57,774 bases of DNA, taken from assembly GCA_008632985.1 (NCBI GenBank), contig QPGO01000113.1:188947-246720 (forward strand). The letters run 5' to 3'. Below are positions 12,231 through 25,000 of this stretch, piece after piece (within the stretch, counting starts at the first letter, position 1; the number at the start of each line of letters is the position of its first letter). A program made the position numbers and the translations under genes. The stretch comes from Psammoneis japonica. Its lineage: Eukaryota. The notes under the pieces were generated by a model that did not search any database, was not told the DNA's origin, and worked only from the letters and a program-made list of their open reading frames with translations.

Positions 12231-14999
12231 TCAGGCGTCCTTTCGCTTATTGTGTACTCTGATCCGCCAGATCGACCACAACCAAACACTGCCACACGCA
12301 ATCACGCAGATGATCATCAATATCCCGATCACTGCTGCCAAGAGTATCCATGGGACAGCCACTGGAAAGCTATTCTCGGAGTCTCCTGTGCAGATGCGGA
12401 TGTCGTCATCATGTATTCGTCGCATTGGATGCGCTTCTGTAGTGAAAACGAAATCGTTCGGAGATACGTAGTCGTCGGGTCCAAAAAGAAGGAGCAAATA
12501 CTTTAGCGTCTCCGCAATGAAGTAGGACGGCATGTCGTCTACATGGCCCTTGCCAAGATCGTAGACATCCTGCAGTCCGGCGTATCCTCCTTCTACTTTG
12601 CAGTGCTTGTTCAAACTCTCGAGCACCTTCCATCCCATGGTCTGATACTGTTCATCCCGTGTCAGTCGATACAACACGAAAAGGCTTTCGACGTACTCTG
12701 GCCGGAGAAGATACGATCGATCCCATGCAAAAAAAGAAGCCGCAGGGTCGGTATCGACTGATATTTTGTCATGCGTTTGAGGTCGTATTCTGGCCTGCTC
12801 GGGTGCCAAGCCTGACGGTGTTCGTTTATAAGCGTCATGGCATCCCATCAGCAAAACTCGAGCGAGGTTCATGTCTTGGTTCAAGTCGCCGTTCAGCTCG
12901 ATAGCCCCAAGAGCCAAAAGTCCTGGCACAAAGCACAGCAGGTGGTGAAACATGGAGTTGTCTACCGGATAAACAGAGGATACATTTTCGTAAGGTGGCC
13001 CATTGAGAGGCAGAACGTGACTCTTTCGCATTGATGATTTCATGAACTTTCGATACAGCAATAGCATTTCTTTGTCAACATCGGTGCATTGCCCTGGAGC
13101 TGCATGGAGCTTGCCGCACCCGTTCAATAGAGGCACCTTGAGCAGATACTCATAAAACGAGTCTGCACCAGATCCTAGTCCGCCTCCGCCGTTACGTGGG
13201 CTTCCAGTCATGACGTTCCAAGATGTTGGAACAATGCCCTGTTCCAGTCGGCGCCGAAATGCGGTATCGTTATGGCTATCTGTGACTCCTTCAAAGATAG
13301 CATTGGCCGCATCGCGGTACGTCCAGTCACGAGTGACACGCGTCAAGAAGCTGAATTCAACACCAAACGATCCCATTCCTGCCAAAGAGTTGAAATGGTG
13401 CTCGTCTGTGAAGGCATCCCGCCCCCACTCGTAGATTCGTGCGTACAAGCGGTGCAAAGACGCCTTCCACGAAGACGAGGTCGGCGGTGGAGCAAGCACA
13501 TTGTACATTCTGGGAAGATCAGTCGGGGAAGAAGCAAAGGGACCAGCAATCATGGCGTCAGCAGCATTTTTTGCAGCCATCAGCAGCCGCGTATCACCTG
13601 ACAGACTGTATGCTCCAAGCAACCCTCCCAGGACACGCAGAGAATACTCAAAAGTTTTCGTAGTTCGGAGAGACGTGGTTTGAATGTCGTAGGAGGTAAG
13701 GAGTGTAACGGCCTCGTTATATTCTGCTGTAAGATTTGCAAGATAGAGTGTGTCGATTGAATCGTGAAGCGTTGCCGAGTAGTACAACCAAGAATGACCA
13801 GTGCGTGACAAAGGCGACAAATCATCATGCGGAATGGTGCCAGTTGGTGGACGCGCTTGACCACGGAGCACAGCAGATGCGTAGCCACCCCATGCATGGC
13901 GAATCGCCTCTCGTACGGCCTCATATCTTAAACGTCGCTCTTCTGACAGTGATGAAAGATCTGGCGGGTCGATTGGGGAGAGCATCTGGCAAGGGATTAC
14001 TTCTTCTTGACCGTAGTGAGGAAGCCAGCTACTCAAAGCTTGAAGCATCTCCCATCGGTTGTGATTGGGAAGGTGCATTATCCAGTGGCCCAACTTCCAC
14101 AGCCGTACTGGTGTACCACGCACCCTGCTCTGTAATAGTGTCGAGCGCTCATTCCTCAGTAGCAACTGACAGGCTGCGTAAGTTTCATTAGCCTGAACGG
14201 CAGCAGTAAAGGACGCTTGGTCAATGAAAATTTGTTTTTCTGAGAAAGTAGCAAGGCTCTGTTTGAGCAAAGATCGAGTGACAGGGGTGTTTACGAGCAG
14301 CAAGACACCTGTGTTTGGCCTATCGTCGGCAGCCCAAACAAAGCAAAAGTCGGCGTCTTTGTAAGATTGATGCTCATTGAACAGTTGGTCAAACAACGTC
14401 ACTCTGTCCTGAATACGGATCTCGGGATCAGTTACAACAGCATCGGCGTCTAACCATAACATGTACTGCAAATTAGGATGTGTCTCCATCAAGAAGAGAA
14501 GAAACCGCAGCTTGTCGAATTTTATTCGCCTTTTGTAGACATGTTGCCACTCATTCAACGGAAGCAACACGTCTTCTGACGGAAACAGTGTCTCATCGGC
14601 GTAGGCATATCCGTGATGTTTTGCATATGCCGCTTTGTTGTGACTCAGCCACTTGCCCAGGTAGCCAGAGAATTTCAAGCCACGGTGGAGCGATACCACT
14701 GCAACTTTGGCTCTGTTCAACGGGACAAATCTCACGTTGCGAGAATGTGGACGGATTGCGATCCGATTCAAAACTACAAAGTAGTACAACTCATGTATCA
14801 CCAGAACTAGAAGAACGAGTGCAAGGAACGCAATCGCAAACAGGCGAATTCGCGTTCGTAGCCACCGTCTCCACCGCCTCCGTTTATCAACTATTGTGTT
14901 CAAGGCGGAGGAAGAAGAATCATGGCGCAAAGAACCTCCAGCAGATTGCGCCTCAATGTCGATAGGGTCTCCATCATCATTCCGCCTCCTCCTTATCAT
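12231..14999 (-). CDS. Membrane-anchored fusion: GT34-like glycosyltransferase plus GH47 alpha-1,2-mannosidase
   Basis: Single 922-aa ORF. N-terminal TM; GT34-like motifs NKAAYAKHHGY, KL...WLDADA, NTGVLLL, DQASF, WIMHLP; GH47 motifs HAWGGY, DSIDTL, FEYSLRVLGGLLGAY, ADSFYEYLLK, HLLCF, LRPEYVES, SYFIAETLKY, FTTEAHP; C-terminal TM. Confidence 0.85.
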   Translation of the reverse strand: MIRRRRNDDGDPIDIEAQSAGGSLRHDSSSSALNTIVDKRRRWRRWLRTRIRLFAIAFLALVLLVLVIHELYYFVVLNRIAIRPHSRNVRFVPLNRAKVAVVSLHRGLKFSGYLGKWLSHNKAAYAKHHGYAYADETLFPSEDVLLPLNEWQHVYKRRIKFDKLRFLLFLMETHPNLQYMLWLDADAVVTDPEIRIQDRVTLFDQLFNEHQSYKDADFCFVWAADDRPNTGVLLLVNTPVTRSLLKQSLATFSEKQIFIDQASFTAAVQANETYAACQLLLRNERSTLLQSRVRGTPVRLWKLGHWIMHLPNHNRWEMLQALSSWLPHYGQEEVIPCQMLSPIDPPDLSSLSEERRLRYEAVREAIRHAWGGYASAVLRGQARPPTGTIPHDDLSPLSRTGHSWLYYSATLHDSIDTLYLANLTAEYNEAVTLLTSYDIQTTSLRTTKTFEYSLRVLGGLLGAYSLSGDTRLLMAAKNAADAMIAGPFASSPTDLPRMYNVLAPPPTSSSWKASLHRLYARIYEWGRDAFTDEHHFNSLAGMGSFGVEFSFLTRVTRDWTYRDAANAIFEGVTDSHNDTAFRRRLEQGIVPTSWNVMTGSPRNGGGGLGSGADSFYEYLLKVPLLNGCGKLHAAPGQCTDVDKEMLLLYRKFMKSSMRKSHVLPLNGPPYENVSSVYPVDNSMFHHLLCFVPGLLALGAIELNGDLNQDMNLARVLLMGCHDAYKRTPSGLAPEQARIRPQTHDKISVDTDPAASFFAWDRSYLLRPEYVESLFVLYRLTRDEQYQTMGWKVLESLNKHCKVEGGYAGLQDVYDLGKGHVDDMPSYFIAETLKYLLLLFGPDDYVSPNDFVFTTEAHPMRRIHDDDIRICTGDSENSFPVAVPWILLAAVIGILMIICVIACGSVWLWSIWRIRVHNKRKDA

Positions 15000-15125
15000 A
15001 GTTCGACCTTTTAAGAGACCCCCACTATTGGGCAGCAGTCACGAGTCCAATCTTCAAGTGCTAGTGGCGAAATGAAGCGGTCGCCTTTCCTCTGTCATCG
15101 TCAATATGAACATCTTTGGCCTTGC

Positions 15126-15165
15126 TTTGGCGCATCGTCATCAGTGGGAAATTTTGCGCGGGAAA
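15126..15165. promoter_or_regulatory. Two E2F-like sites in a divergent promoter
   Basis: TTTGGCGC at 15126-15133 and GCGGGAAA (TTTCCCGC on minus strand) at 15158-15165 match TTTSSCGC. Confidence 0.35.
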
Positions 15166-15336
15166 TCATTCATGTTCTTAGCGTTTGAAAATTAACCTCA
15201 GTATAAGTATTGAACATAGAATTTCCATCTAAATCGCTAAGGTTTTCATTCGTCTGGTGGTTGGATCGATGTGATGAGCCCATGGCCCATGGCCCAACAA
15301 TATCAACTCAAGCCACAACAGCGACAAGCGACCACG

Positions 15337-15795
15337 ATGAGCACCTCTGAACAACGACACCCCGTCTCTGTGAAAGCTACGTATTCGATAACTAAGAATG
15401 AAAACGCGGAGAGCTCGACAAAAACATTCGACTCTTCGAACTGTCAGCCAGCGTTGATTGGTCTCGCCCCCGGTGTTGCAGCTGAAAAGGTATTGTTGCA
15501 GAGGCATCATGGCTTTGCGTGTGACGCATGATTTGATAACTTAGATCTAACGATCGTGATTTGCTCTTCTTTAAAGCCCGAGGCGGGAGATTTCACATAC
15601 TCTGGTATGCATGATCATGGACCATTGCCGGTCCAAAGAGAAGGTGGGGACATGGCATTACTAATTGGATGTGTCAACGAAGCAAAGCAGTTCTCTGATA
15701 AGTTCTTGACAGAAATTATTCAGGCTGAAAAGGCCAACAGTTCTAAGAAGGGACATACTGCTAAGAAGGCGAAAATCCTGAAAGAAGGACCATAG
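15337..15795 (+). CDS. Small protein resembling KEOPS subunit Gon7, 2 exons
   Basis: Exon 15337-15489, intron GT 15490..AG 15576, exon 15577-15795 in frame. Layout ATYS...KTF...DHGPLP...LLIGCVNEAKQFSDKFLTEIIQAEK resembles fungal Gon7. Confidence 0.5.
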
Positions 15796-15877
15796 CTTTA
15801 CGCGAACGAAAACGATTGCTGAAGTTACAGGTTCCAAACAAAACCAGTCTTTAGCTATTAGCTGCCGTATGCGAACA

Positions 15878-18800
15878 CTAAGGAAGATCCATCTGTGGTA
15901 CGTCGTTCATCAACCGAGAGAGCGTCGTATCGCCAATGTCAACGTCAATAACGGCCTCCCCGTGCAAAAGGGCTTCCAATCTGGAAGTAAAGTCCTTACT
16001 TTCTCGTTCAGTTTGAGAGAGCACACGCTCTCTCCCTCCCCTTGGTCTTTTGTTGCCATCCCCAAGCAATCTAGGACTTCCCAAAGCTGAATCCAATGAT
16101 CGCTTGTTTTTCCGCAAGAAGTCTCCAGAATTCAAGAACTCCGCATTCGACTGTCGAAGGGAGGTGTGAAGTGGTGAATGAAATGGAGATGCTTGCCCAT
16201 CAAAGTCCCCGACGCCTTCTTCAAACGGAACAATGTCACCTTCACGTGCGTGATAGTCGAGTTCCTCTTCATCTCTAGCTTCAGTAGTAGACTTGTCTTG
16301 TTCCAAACGCTGTAGAGCTGGAGTTTCCTTTACGAAATCTTCGTCACTCATTGTTGCAACCGACGAAAACAACGTTGGCGACTGCTTCATCGTAGCTCGA
16401 CCACTGCCTCCCATAGCAGGATAGTTCGAAAGCTGTAGGCTGTAGGATTGTCCATCGCCTTGCAAGCGCTTCGTTACAGCTTCTCGAATATTGTCCACCT
16501 CTCCTCGCGGAAGATAAATATATTCATCCTTTCGAATAAGATTCTCGGACATTGCATTCGACTCTTTCCACAAAAGTGCGCTTTCGAGACAACGTCGAAA
16601 CTGTTTCGTATCCAGCATGGCTTCACAGTCATTGCGAACATCGAGCGGTGCACGGCTAAGCATGTTCTCAATCACATAGCGAAATGATCCGTTGAGAGCT
16701 CCGTGCATCTGCGTCAATATCGGCTCGACAAACTCCGGGCGCAAAGTGTCTCTCCAGGAAAGGGGAAGGTGCTCGTAGCGATTGAAGTAGTCCTTCACCC
16801 ACGGATTCGGACACTCGGCGAATTCTCGCGGTGGCCACTTTGACAGAGAAGAGTCCTGTAGGTCTTGTGCCAACGAGACTATCTCGGCCGATAAGGATGT
16901 GATTGTGGATTTTGTTAGGCTCAGGATACGTTTGTCAGCTTGTGGACCCTGATTGTAGGCTGCGGTCCATACTGTATCACGGATGCAAAGCCGGACAAGA
17001 TATGGCAAAGCGACACGTTGCAAGGAAGGAACTTGTTCCGGATAGCCGTTGGCGTAAGCCTCAAGTAGCTTGAGACACGAAGTCTCCAGTGCCGTGTCTA
17101 ACCGGGTCTCTAGATCTCCTGATTCGTCAATAGACACAACTTCGGGCTTGTGACCAAACCCCGAGGCGCCACTCGACAAAGCACCAAGCATTGCGCCTGT
17201 ATACTCATGTTCAGAATCATCGCCAAGGTTCATGACAACGACAGGAATTTCGCTATTCATAGTTGCTTCGATGGTCGTCGTCCTCGGCTTTACCTTGGAT
17301 TTTGGACGAGGTGGAATAACCAACAAAGCAACATCGCATGGTTCATTCGTGACATCGGTGTTGCCATTTACAGCAACTGTCCGCAATTCTACGTCAGGGC
17401 CGTACCGACACGCTGAAACTTGACCATAACGAAGTTTTGTGTTCAACCATTCATGAATTAGCTCAGTGAAACTAACATCTTCGGCGACCGAGGCTTCCGG
17501 TAAAACGACCGCAATCTTGCAGAGGCATACAAAGTTGTCACTTTTGCATCCGTAATTGCTTGCGAAGGTCCCCTTTTTGGATGTCGTGAGTAGGCCGGCA
17601 AGATCTATCGGCTCTCCGTGTCCAAGTCTTTGTCTGCGGAAGAAGTCTTCTATTCCCAATTCCGAAGCGGCACCTGCATCTTCCTCCACGGATCGTCCAT
17701 AAGCATCTTGTGCGTCTATGAGCTGTCCTTCAGTGAGGATACGAGACGATAAGTAGGTTGGATCAATTTGCCTCAACGCTTCCTTGGACCGTTCCGCTTG
17801 TAGCCGACCTTCGACCTTCTGTCGCCATCGACGCCAGAACAACAATTTCCTTGCAGCGCAAACCTTTCTTTCCCATTCCAAGGCTGCTTTCCGTTCAATT
17901 TCGGCCTTGCGCTTTCTTTCGGCTTCCTCTCGTTGGCGCTGAAGTTCTAGAAGGCGAAGCCGCTTCTCTTCCTCTTCACGACGCTTCCTCGCCTCTTCTT
18001 CTTGTCGCAGCTTCAGCTTCCGTTCTTCTTCACGCTTCAGCTCAAGAGCCACCTGGCGCTGGCGCTCTTTTTCGGCTTCTTCGGCCTTTCTTCTTTCCTC
18101 TTCCAGCCTTTCTGCGATACGTCTCGCTTCCTCCTCCATTTGCTTGCGCCGACGTTCCTCAGCAGCAATTGCTTGGGCCTTTCTTGCCTCCTCAGCTTCG
18201 CGCTTCATCCTTTCCTTCTCCTCTGCTCGTTTCCTTTTCAGCTCCTCTTCGAGCTCTTTCTTTCTCTGAGCCTCTAGACGACGCTCTTCTTCAGCTCTTC
18301 TTTTCTCAAGCTCCTGCGCTGCTCGACGCGCTTCCGCTTCTTTGAGCTGCCGTTCTTTTTCCGCAAGAACTCGCGCTTCTTCTTGACGACGCTTTTCTTC
18401 TCGCTCTTTTTCTGCTTGTCGGGCGGCAGCAGCTTTTGCGGCTTCCTGCTCTTTCTTCAGCCTCTCAAGCACTGCGGGTTCCGCTGACCCTGCCGTGGAC
18501 GTGGCCGCCGGGGCGGGCAACGGGGCGTCCGACCCTACCAGGGATGCGCCCTCTCCGCTTACATCACCTCTGCACACTGCCAGTCTCGTAGCGCCCTTGA
18601 GCTTGGCTTCGATTGTTCTCATCATCTTGCGTGGTTGCAGGGGAACGACAATGTTCTTCTCTGGGTCTCTGCTTTCCTTGTAAGAGGTGAGTCGCCATCG
18701 AATCACGTGATCTTTTTTGCCCGATGCATCTACCTGCTTCTCCTTGACGGTAATATTGTAGTGCTTGCAAGCCGCCAATGCCTCACTTTCGTCCTCGAAA

Positions 18801-21459
18801 CAAAGCAACTTGATGAGGCGTTTCAGCGGGTATTCATCGTAGAAGGTCTCGCTCAAGTCCTTCTTCTTGGTCCCAAATGTTTTTGACATTATGCGAAAAG
18901 CAACCTTTCGCATCTGTTGCACATACTTGAACATGATGCAAGCAAAAAGATACGGAGTGGAAGGCGAACGTAAAATGGCAAAGAAGCGAGCATAGTTATA
19001 ATCTTTTTTTGCCTGTCACAATCACGAGTGGAGAAAAACGTGAGGAAGGAGTTGCTTCTCGTACGGCAACCGCGAATGGCGACAGTGACATACCTTGTAG
19101 ATGCGTAGCGCCAACTGCACAGGTTTAGAATTGTAAACCATAGGACGCTCCCGGAATAAACGCGCCGCGTAATTCAGTACTTCGGAGCCTCCATCGTTGT
19201 CCATTGTGAGAAGCATGTACAACCCCCTCATTTCTGGTTCCGCGGTTCCACGAGTCGTCGTCTTTGCGGCTTGTGATCCAATCAATCGGTTCGGAGACGC
19301 GGCCTGATTGTCTAGAGGCGATCCGTCAAAGTCACGAGGCCCGTTTCCCATGACGATAGGAGACTCGCATCCATGAATACCTCGTCCTTTCACTCCTTGC
19401 TCGTCAGCCACTTCTAGCGTGGATCTTCCAAGCGAATCATCATAGTACATGTTCAATGTCTTCATGGTTTGTCCAAGCTCCGTGATATTTTGCTGGCTCT
19501 GACTGTTTACGAAATCTGGAATATGGCTCAGCTGGTGCTCACACATTGCATGCCATCGTGCAATGCGCTCGTGACATCGAACCGCCCGCGCATCGCAGTT
19601 GCCGCCGGTTCCAACATAGTTTTGCAAGATGAAATCCTTCCGTACCATCCTTGTTCTGCAGGCCAGAACGAAAAGAGTGAGAGCGTGATACTATACAACA
19701 ATAAGAAGCCTAAGCATGTGCGAGTTGGTGACACACCTGTCCCAGATAAACTGTATGCAACCAAAAGAACCACACAGAAGCCAGGAAATATGAGTGGTTG
19801 GAGTAAAACCTAAAGAGTAAGAGTGGGGATAAAAACATGAACAATTCGTACCTGATAGACGTCTAGAGGCGGAGGACTTTGTACTTGCGTAAAGCGCGGG
19901 TCTGGGCCTTGTCGATCTCGTTCCATAACCCACTCCTCCAGATAGGCGCACACCGCTTCGAGAACACCAGGAGGTCGGACCCATTCCGGAACATTCAGTT
20001 TAAAGTCCGCGGCTGAACGGCGAAATCGCTTGACGGCGGTTTCTCGTAGAGTCCAACCATCAGGATGGATTGTGCCAGGCTGAGGGATTTCAAGTAGCTG
20101 GATATCATTTTCTTGCTCGCGTCTCTGCAGCTCATCATCCGGGCACATGGAAAGACATGTACCGACTAGCGATACTGCGGTTTCCAAGTCTTCTCTGTCA
20201 GTGCTGTCGATTTCTTGCTCGTCCTTGTCGTCCTCTTCTTTTTTCTGCCTCAGACCTTCTTGCAGTCTCGGCGTCTTGGGAGCAGCAAATCGGCGTTTGT
20301 TCTTCTCTGCCAATGACTCCACAGGAGTAAACGATGGCGCATTTGGATTCAAGGAACTGGATCCTCCGAGTGGTGGTGCATTTCGCAATCCTCCAGCGGA
20401 CGCTTGTGACGGAGGCGCACTGCCTGAGGCCGCAGCCGCAGCGGCCTCTTTCTGCCTCTTGCGCTCTAGCAGCTTTTTCTTCTTTTCTTCCAGCTTGGCT
20501 TTGAGTCTCGCCAGCTTCTCTTGTTCCGATTCTTTCCTCGTCGTTGTAGGTGGTTCTGGAACCGGCGGAGAAAAAGACCCCCTTGTAGGTGACATGGATG
20601 CATCTCGCGCCGACGATAGCTGAGTTGGAGGTGGACTTGTGCTACCGCCACCCCAAGCGCTTGCCCCAGACTGCTGCGGATTACCAAACGGAGATGGCTT
20701 ATTAAAGTCTGAATCGCCCATATCTTCATCGTCAGAAGCTGCGGCACCAAACGCCTCTGTGGTCGAAGAAGACGCTCCAAACGTCGTTGGGAATGTTGTG
20801 TTTGAAGAGCTAAACGTTGGTGCCGTGCTGCCGCCAAAGCCTGACGCACTGTTTTCTCCGGTAGGAACCACATTGGCTGATACACCAAAAGAAATTGTAG
20901 AAGAAGTCGTTGCTGCAGTTCCACCAAAGGGACTGGCAGCCGATGAAGTATTTACGGCCGGAGCAAACGCGTTTGTGGATCCAAATCCCGGCGGCTGAGA
21001 CGGTTGCTGTGCGTTGCTTCCAAATGGAGAAGACTGGGCAGTCGTTCCTCCAAAACCGTGTGGAGCGGAAGCTCCTCCACCAAATGTACCACCAAATTGT
21101 TGATTCTGTTGTTGTGCGGCAGGAAAAGGAGCTGGTTGATTTGTATTATTACCAAAGCCAGACGTGAATCCAGAAGTCTGTGTCCCAGCAAAGTTTGCCG
21201 GGGGCTGATTTGTAGAAGCCCCAAACGGCACCAGATTCGACGAGGTACCAAAGGTTGTAGCTGGTGAGCCTGCTGTCCCTCCAAATGGCGTAGATGAAAC
21301 CGTCGATCCAAAGCCTTGCTGAGGGGCAGCGGAAGTCGAGCCAAACGCAGAGGATCCAAAGCCTCCACCAAAATCCGGTTGAGACGACGATCGCTGTTGT
21401 GATCCAAACCCCGACGGTTGTTGCTGTGACGATCCAAAGCCTCCTCCAAATCCTGACAT
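15878..21459 (-). CDS. SAC3: SAC3/GANP mRNA export factor (TREX-2) with N-terminal FG repeats
   Basis: FG/GFG repeats; LVGTCLSMCP, AVKRFRRSAAD, VRPPGVL, FIWDRTRMVRKDF, HERIAR, NYARFF; long coiled-coil C-terminus. Introns 19851-19751, 19736-19656 and about 19093-19013. Confidence 0.9.
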
Positions 21460-21690
21460 GGTGATTGTGTTTCAGATGTTAGTGTGTTGTTTTGGAGAGC
21501 GGCGGCGTCAGAAGTCAGCGTGCCATTGTCAAAACTCAAAACTGAAAACACTTCCAAACTCCAAACTGTTTTGCTTGCACCGACGACTTCCAGACTGACT
21601 CTACAGCGCCGCTTGCGCGCGCGCGCGCGACAGACGTGATAACGAAGGAATGAAGCTAACAAATGCGTGCACCACACTGCTTTTTCCAAC

Positions 21691-22057
21691 TGCAGTATGC
21701 GACTGTTATATACATATTTATGATTATATATTATTTATATGTCAATCGTACCACAGTCGTGGATGCGTACAAAGGACAGAACGATCACACAGAGTTGATC
21801 GGATGTCGAGAATTGCAAATACGATCGATTGACGATGTTGACATCTTATGTGTCAATAGCAATCGTATCCGGACAATCTGTTGTCACGAATATATTCTCC
21901 GAAAGGCCTTTTGTCTGTAGAAGCAGTACAGAAGCTTTAGGCCATTGAGAACTCGTTCGGAGAAACCAAAAATCACAGAGCAAAATTTAATCTCATAATT
22001 TCCACTTTTCGTACACTATTCTACTTTCGTTTACACTCGTTCTTCGAGCATAGTGCA
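21691..22057 (+). repeat. 5' LTR
   Basis: Starts TGCAGTATGC, ends GCATAGTGCA (imperfect inverted termini); differs from 26052-26418 at 3 positions. Confidence 0.95.
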
Positions 22058-25000
22058 TTGTGTATACACACCACAGAAGGTAAAAAGCACGGAAAATGAA
22101 GATTTTAACTAATGTGCCTTTGTAAATTCTTCTATAAACAGGAACGAATCGCATCAGTTCTGCTGGAATCGATTTCCGAGCGGAAGAAGCTCAAGCCGAG
22201 CAGTGCCTCAAGATGGAACGCTGTTTTTCGTCTACCAGACAAGAGGATTCGCTCTAATACGGTCTATTCCAAGCACCCAAGGATCAAGGGCTCTCAAGTG
22301 CACCGCATTGTCAAAAAATCTACACCAAGTCATGGTTGCAGAGAATGCAAGTTCCGAGTCGATCAGGTCCGAGAAATGCGTCTGGCATGCAAGGAGAGAC
22401 CATTGGAGAGTTTTTGGAGACCGAATCAACGAGCCTCGAGTCCAAGAGCAAGATGGAACCGTTGGAAAGTGCCTCAAGAGTCTCGTGTCTCATGTCTTTC
22501 CAAGAATTGCACTTCAGAATCAGAGTTGTTATTTTCAAGACGACCTGAAGAAACCAGAGCTGCTTGACAGCAAGAAAGCCTCTGTTGGACCCAAGAGGTC
22601 AATGATGAGAGTCCATGCGACCCTCAGATGGATTCTAAGTCGAATCTAGCGGGAAACCGAGCGCTGATTTATCAGCCATCACTCGCACCGCAAGGATGGC
22701 AGCATCAGTCTACTGTCCAAAACAATCAACTGTTGCAACTCATCCTTGATGAGCTGATTAAGTTTTGAGTCATCCAAAGGTCGTTCATGACGTCCGTGAC
22801 GAAAAAACATATCAACTCAGGCTCTGACAGCGCAGTTGGTTCCAAAATAAAAAAGGTTCCAAATTTGGTTCCAAAAATGGTCTCCCACATGGTGCCAGAA
22901 CAATCCAAAGTGAATGCAAGGTCTTGTCTTTGAAAAAAGAACACCCACATCACGGATTGAAGCCATTCTAAAAATGAACTAGCAAAAGAGTGCAAGGGTG
23001 ACTCTGAAAGAGACCCAAAAATGCGCCGTTCAAATGGCAATCGCACGCGGTCGCGTCGCGATGACGAAAATGCCGCTCGCAAAAAAAGAGATGAACGTCA
23101 TGATTGATCAGGCGGTTCAAAAAACACTCAAAGCGAGTTCCTTGAACAAAGAAAAAGAGCACAAGGGCAAAGAATCAGATTCTGACACCCTCAGTGAAGA
23201 AAAATGCCAATTTGATCGGATGATCCAGACTGAATCCGAAGAATGGTTTTGGTCTGTTCACGAATTGCATGCTTTGCTGGACATTAGGAAGCCTAGAAAA
23301 AAGGCAGAAATAATTCACACCAGTCCAGGAGTCATCATTTATGTGAACACTTCCTTGGGAAAGGAGAGAAAAAAAAAAGCATCTGCGTGTTCCTGTCGAC
23401 AACGGAACATCGTCAACCACAATTTTGCGCAAATTCGTGCGAAAGTTGAGAACACAAGAATCCGCCACCAAAAACTTGGAAAACCAAGGGTGAGCTCTTT
23501 ACGACTGACAGCAAACACCGAATTCAGTTCTCACTGTGCGAAATTTAATGCGTGCTGACATGCAAACAGTGTGTGTTGAAAACACCAAATTTTTCTTCAG
23601 GTTCAAATGATGTGATCATGGGACGCGACTTAATGTCCAGTCCTGCAAGTCACACTGCACTGCGCAAATGAAGAAATCTAATGGGAAGAAGCAATCACCT
23701 TATGAAGAATGTTCACACACTCTTCGATGCCGATGTTTTCAAGCTGAAAACCGATCACATTGAAAAATGTGACGCCGTGAATGGAGTTGACAACGGAACC
23801 AATGGTCCTCGACTCACATTGTCACGCCATCGATCTTAATCAAGTGACAACTACGGCGATGCATCCAACCCAAATGAACACAACCAACTCAATCTTCTTC
23901 TTAAGAGGTTGAAATCGTTTTGAAAAGTTCCTCAGACGAATGCATGGGAAGCATCAGTGGATCTCATCGTGGAAAATCTGACGCGATTCCACGACGCGTG
24001 AGAACCTTCTCCTATCACAGTCTTTGGAGGCGTCCAATCAAAAGGAGTTTGACCCATTATGAAAGATTGAAGTCTCAAGAATGAAATTGCTCTGAACAAG
24101 TCGCTCTGAGACTCATTGTCCAAAGAAAACAGGTCAAGTTCGACCGCATCTGACACTCAGAAGCTCAGCACAAGGTTCACACAGGTGGTGCATCCTTTAC
24201 CCAATGTTCAGGAAATGCTGTTGAAGCAAGAACGTTTCATGTGTGTAATCTGTTTGATTCAAACATGGAATGCCACCATGTCAAATAAAAAAAGCACACG
24301 TCGTGCTCACACGAAAATCATGCCGTGGGGAGAAAATGAGCACTGTGGACTTCCAATGAGAATCTATAGAGCCCCAGATATTTTTATGCAACACTTGAGT
24401 GAACTCATAACAGGTTTGAAGTTGTCAGGACGACTGCATGTGATCGTTTGTGCCTGACAAAAGTAACTTCAAAATGTCACCTGCACAAGCAACAGCTTAA
24501 TGCGGCATTCAAACGACTAGAACAGTCGCTTAGAAGGTTAACAACAAAAGTCCTTCACTGTTTAACTTGAAATAAACTATCAAGACTTCCATGCGTGACG
24601 ATGTGCAATCGATTGCAAAGAAAATGGAGGCGATTCAAGCAATCGCAACACGAGAAAAACGTAAAGAACACTACGACATCTCGTTGTCATACGTCACTAT
24701 TATCGAGACATGTAGTCTCAACGATCTCCTGTACAATACTAGCCAAATTCACCTCAATAAAGGTCAAACGGCAAAAGTGCAAGTACAGAACGAAAAGTCT
24801 CCGAAAATGTGGAGCGCATCAAATCAAAAACTATATTGTTATCATACACGGATTTCAATATTATACGTTACAACGGAAAAAAGAACTTCTGTCCATAGTG
24901 AAAACACTTATAAAATTCCGAAATATACTGTTTGGCCAACAGATTTATACATATACGGATCATAAGACACAACGGACAAAGTCATACGTTGACAACTTCA

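Noticed and set aside
17758..18345. Plus-strand ORFs opposite SAC3 and other antisense ORFs over real genes
   Set aside because: Shadow frames of low-complexity coiled-coil or FG-repeat coding sequence with no independent motifs.
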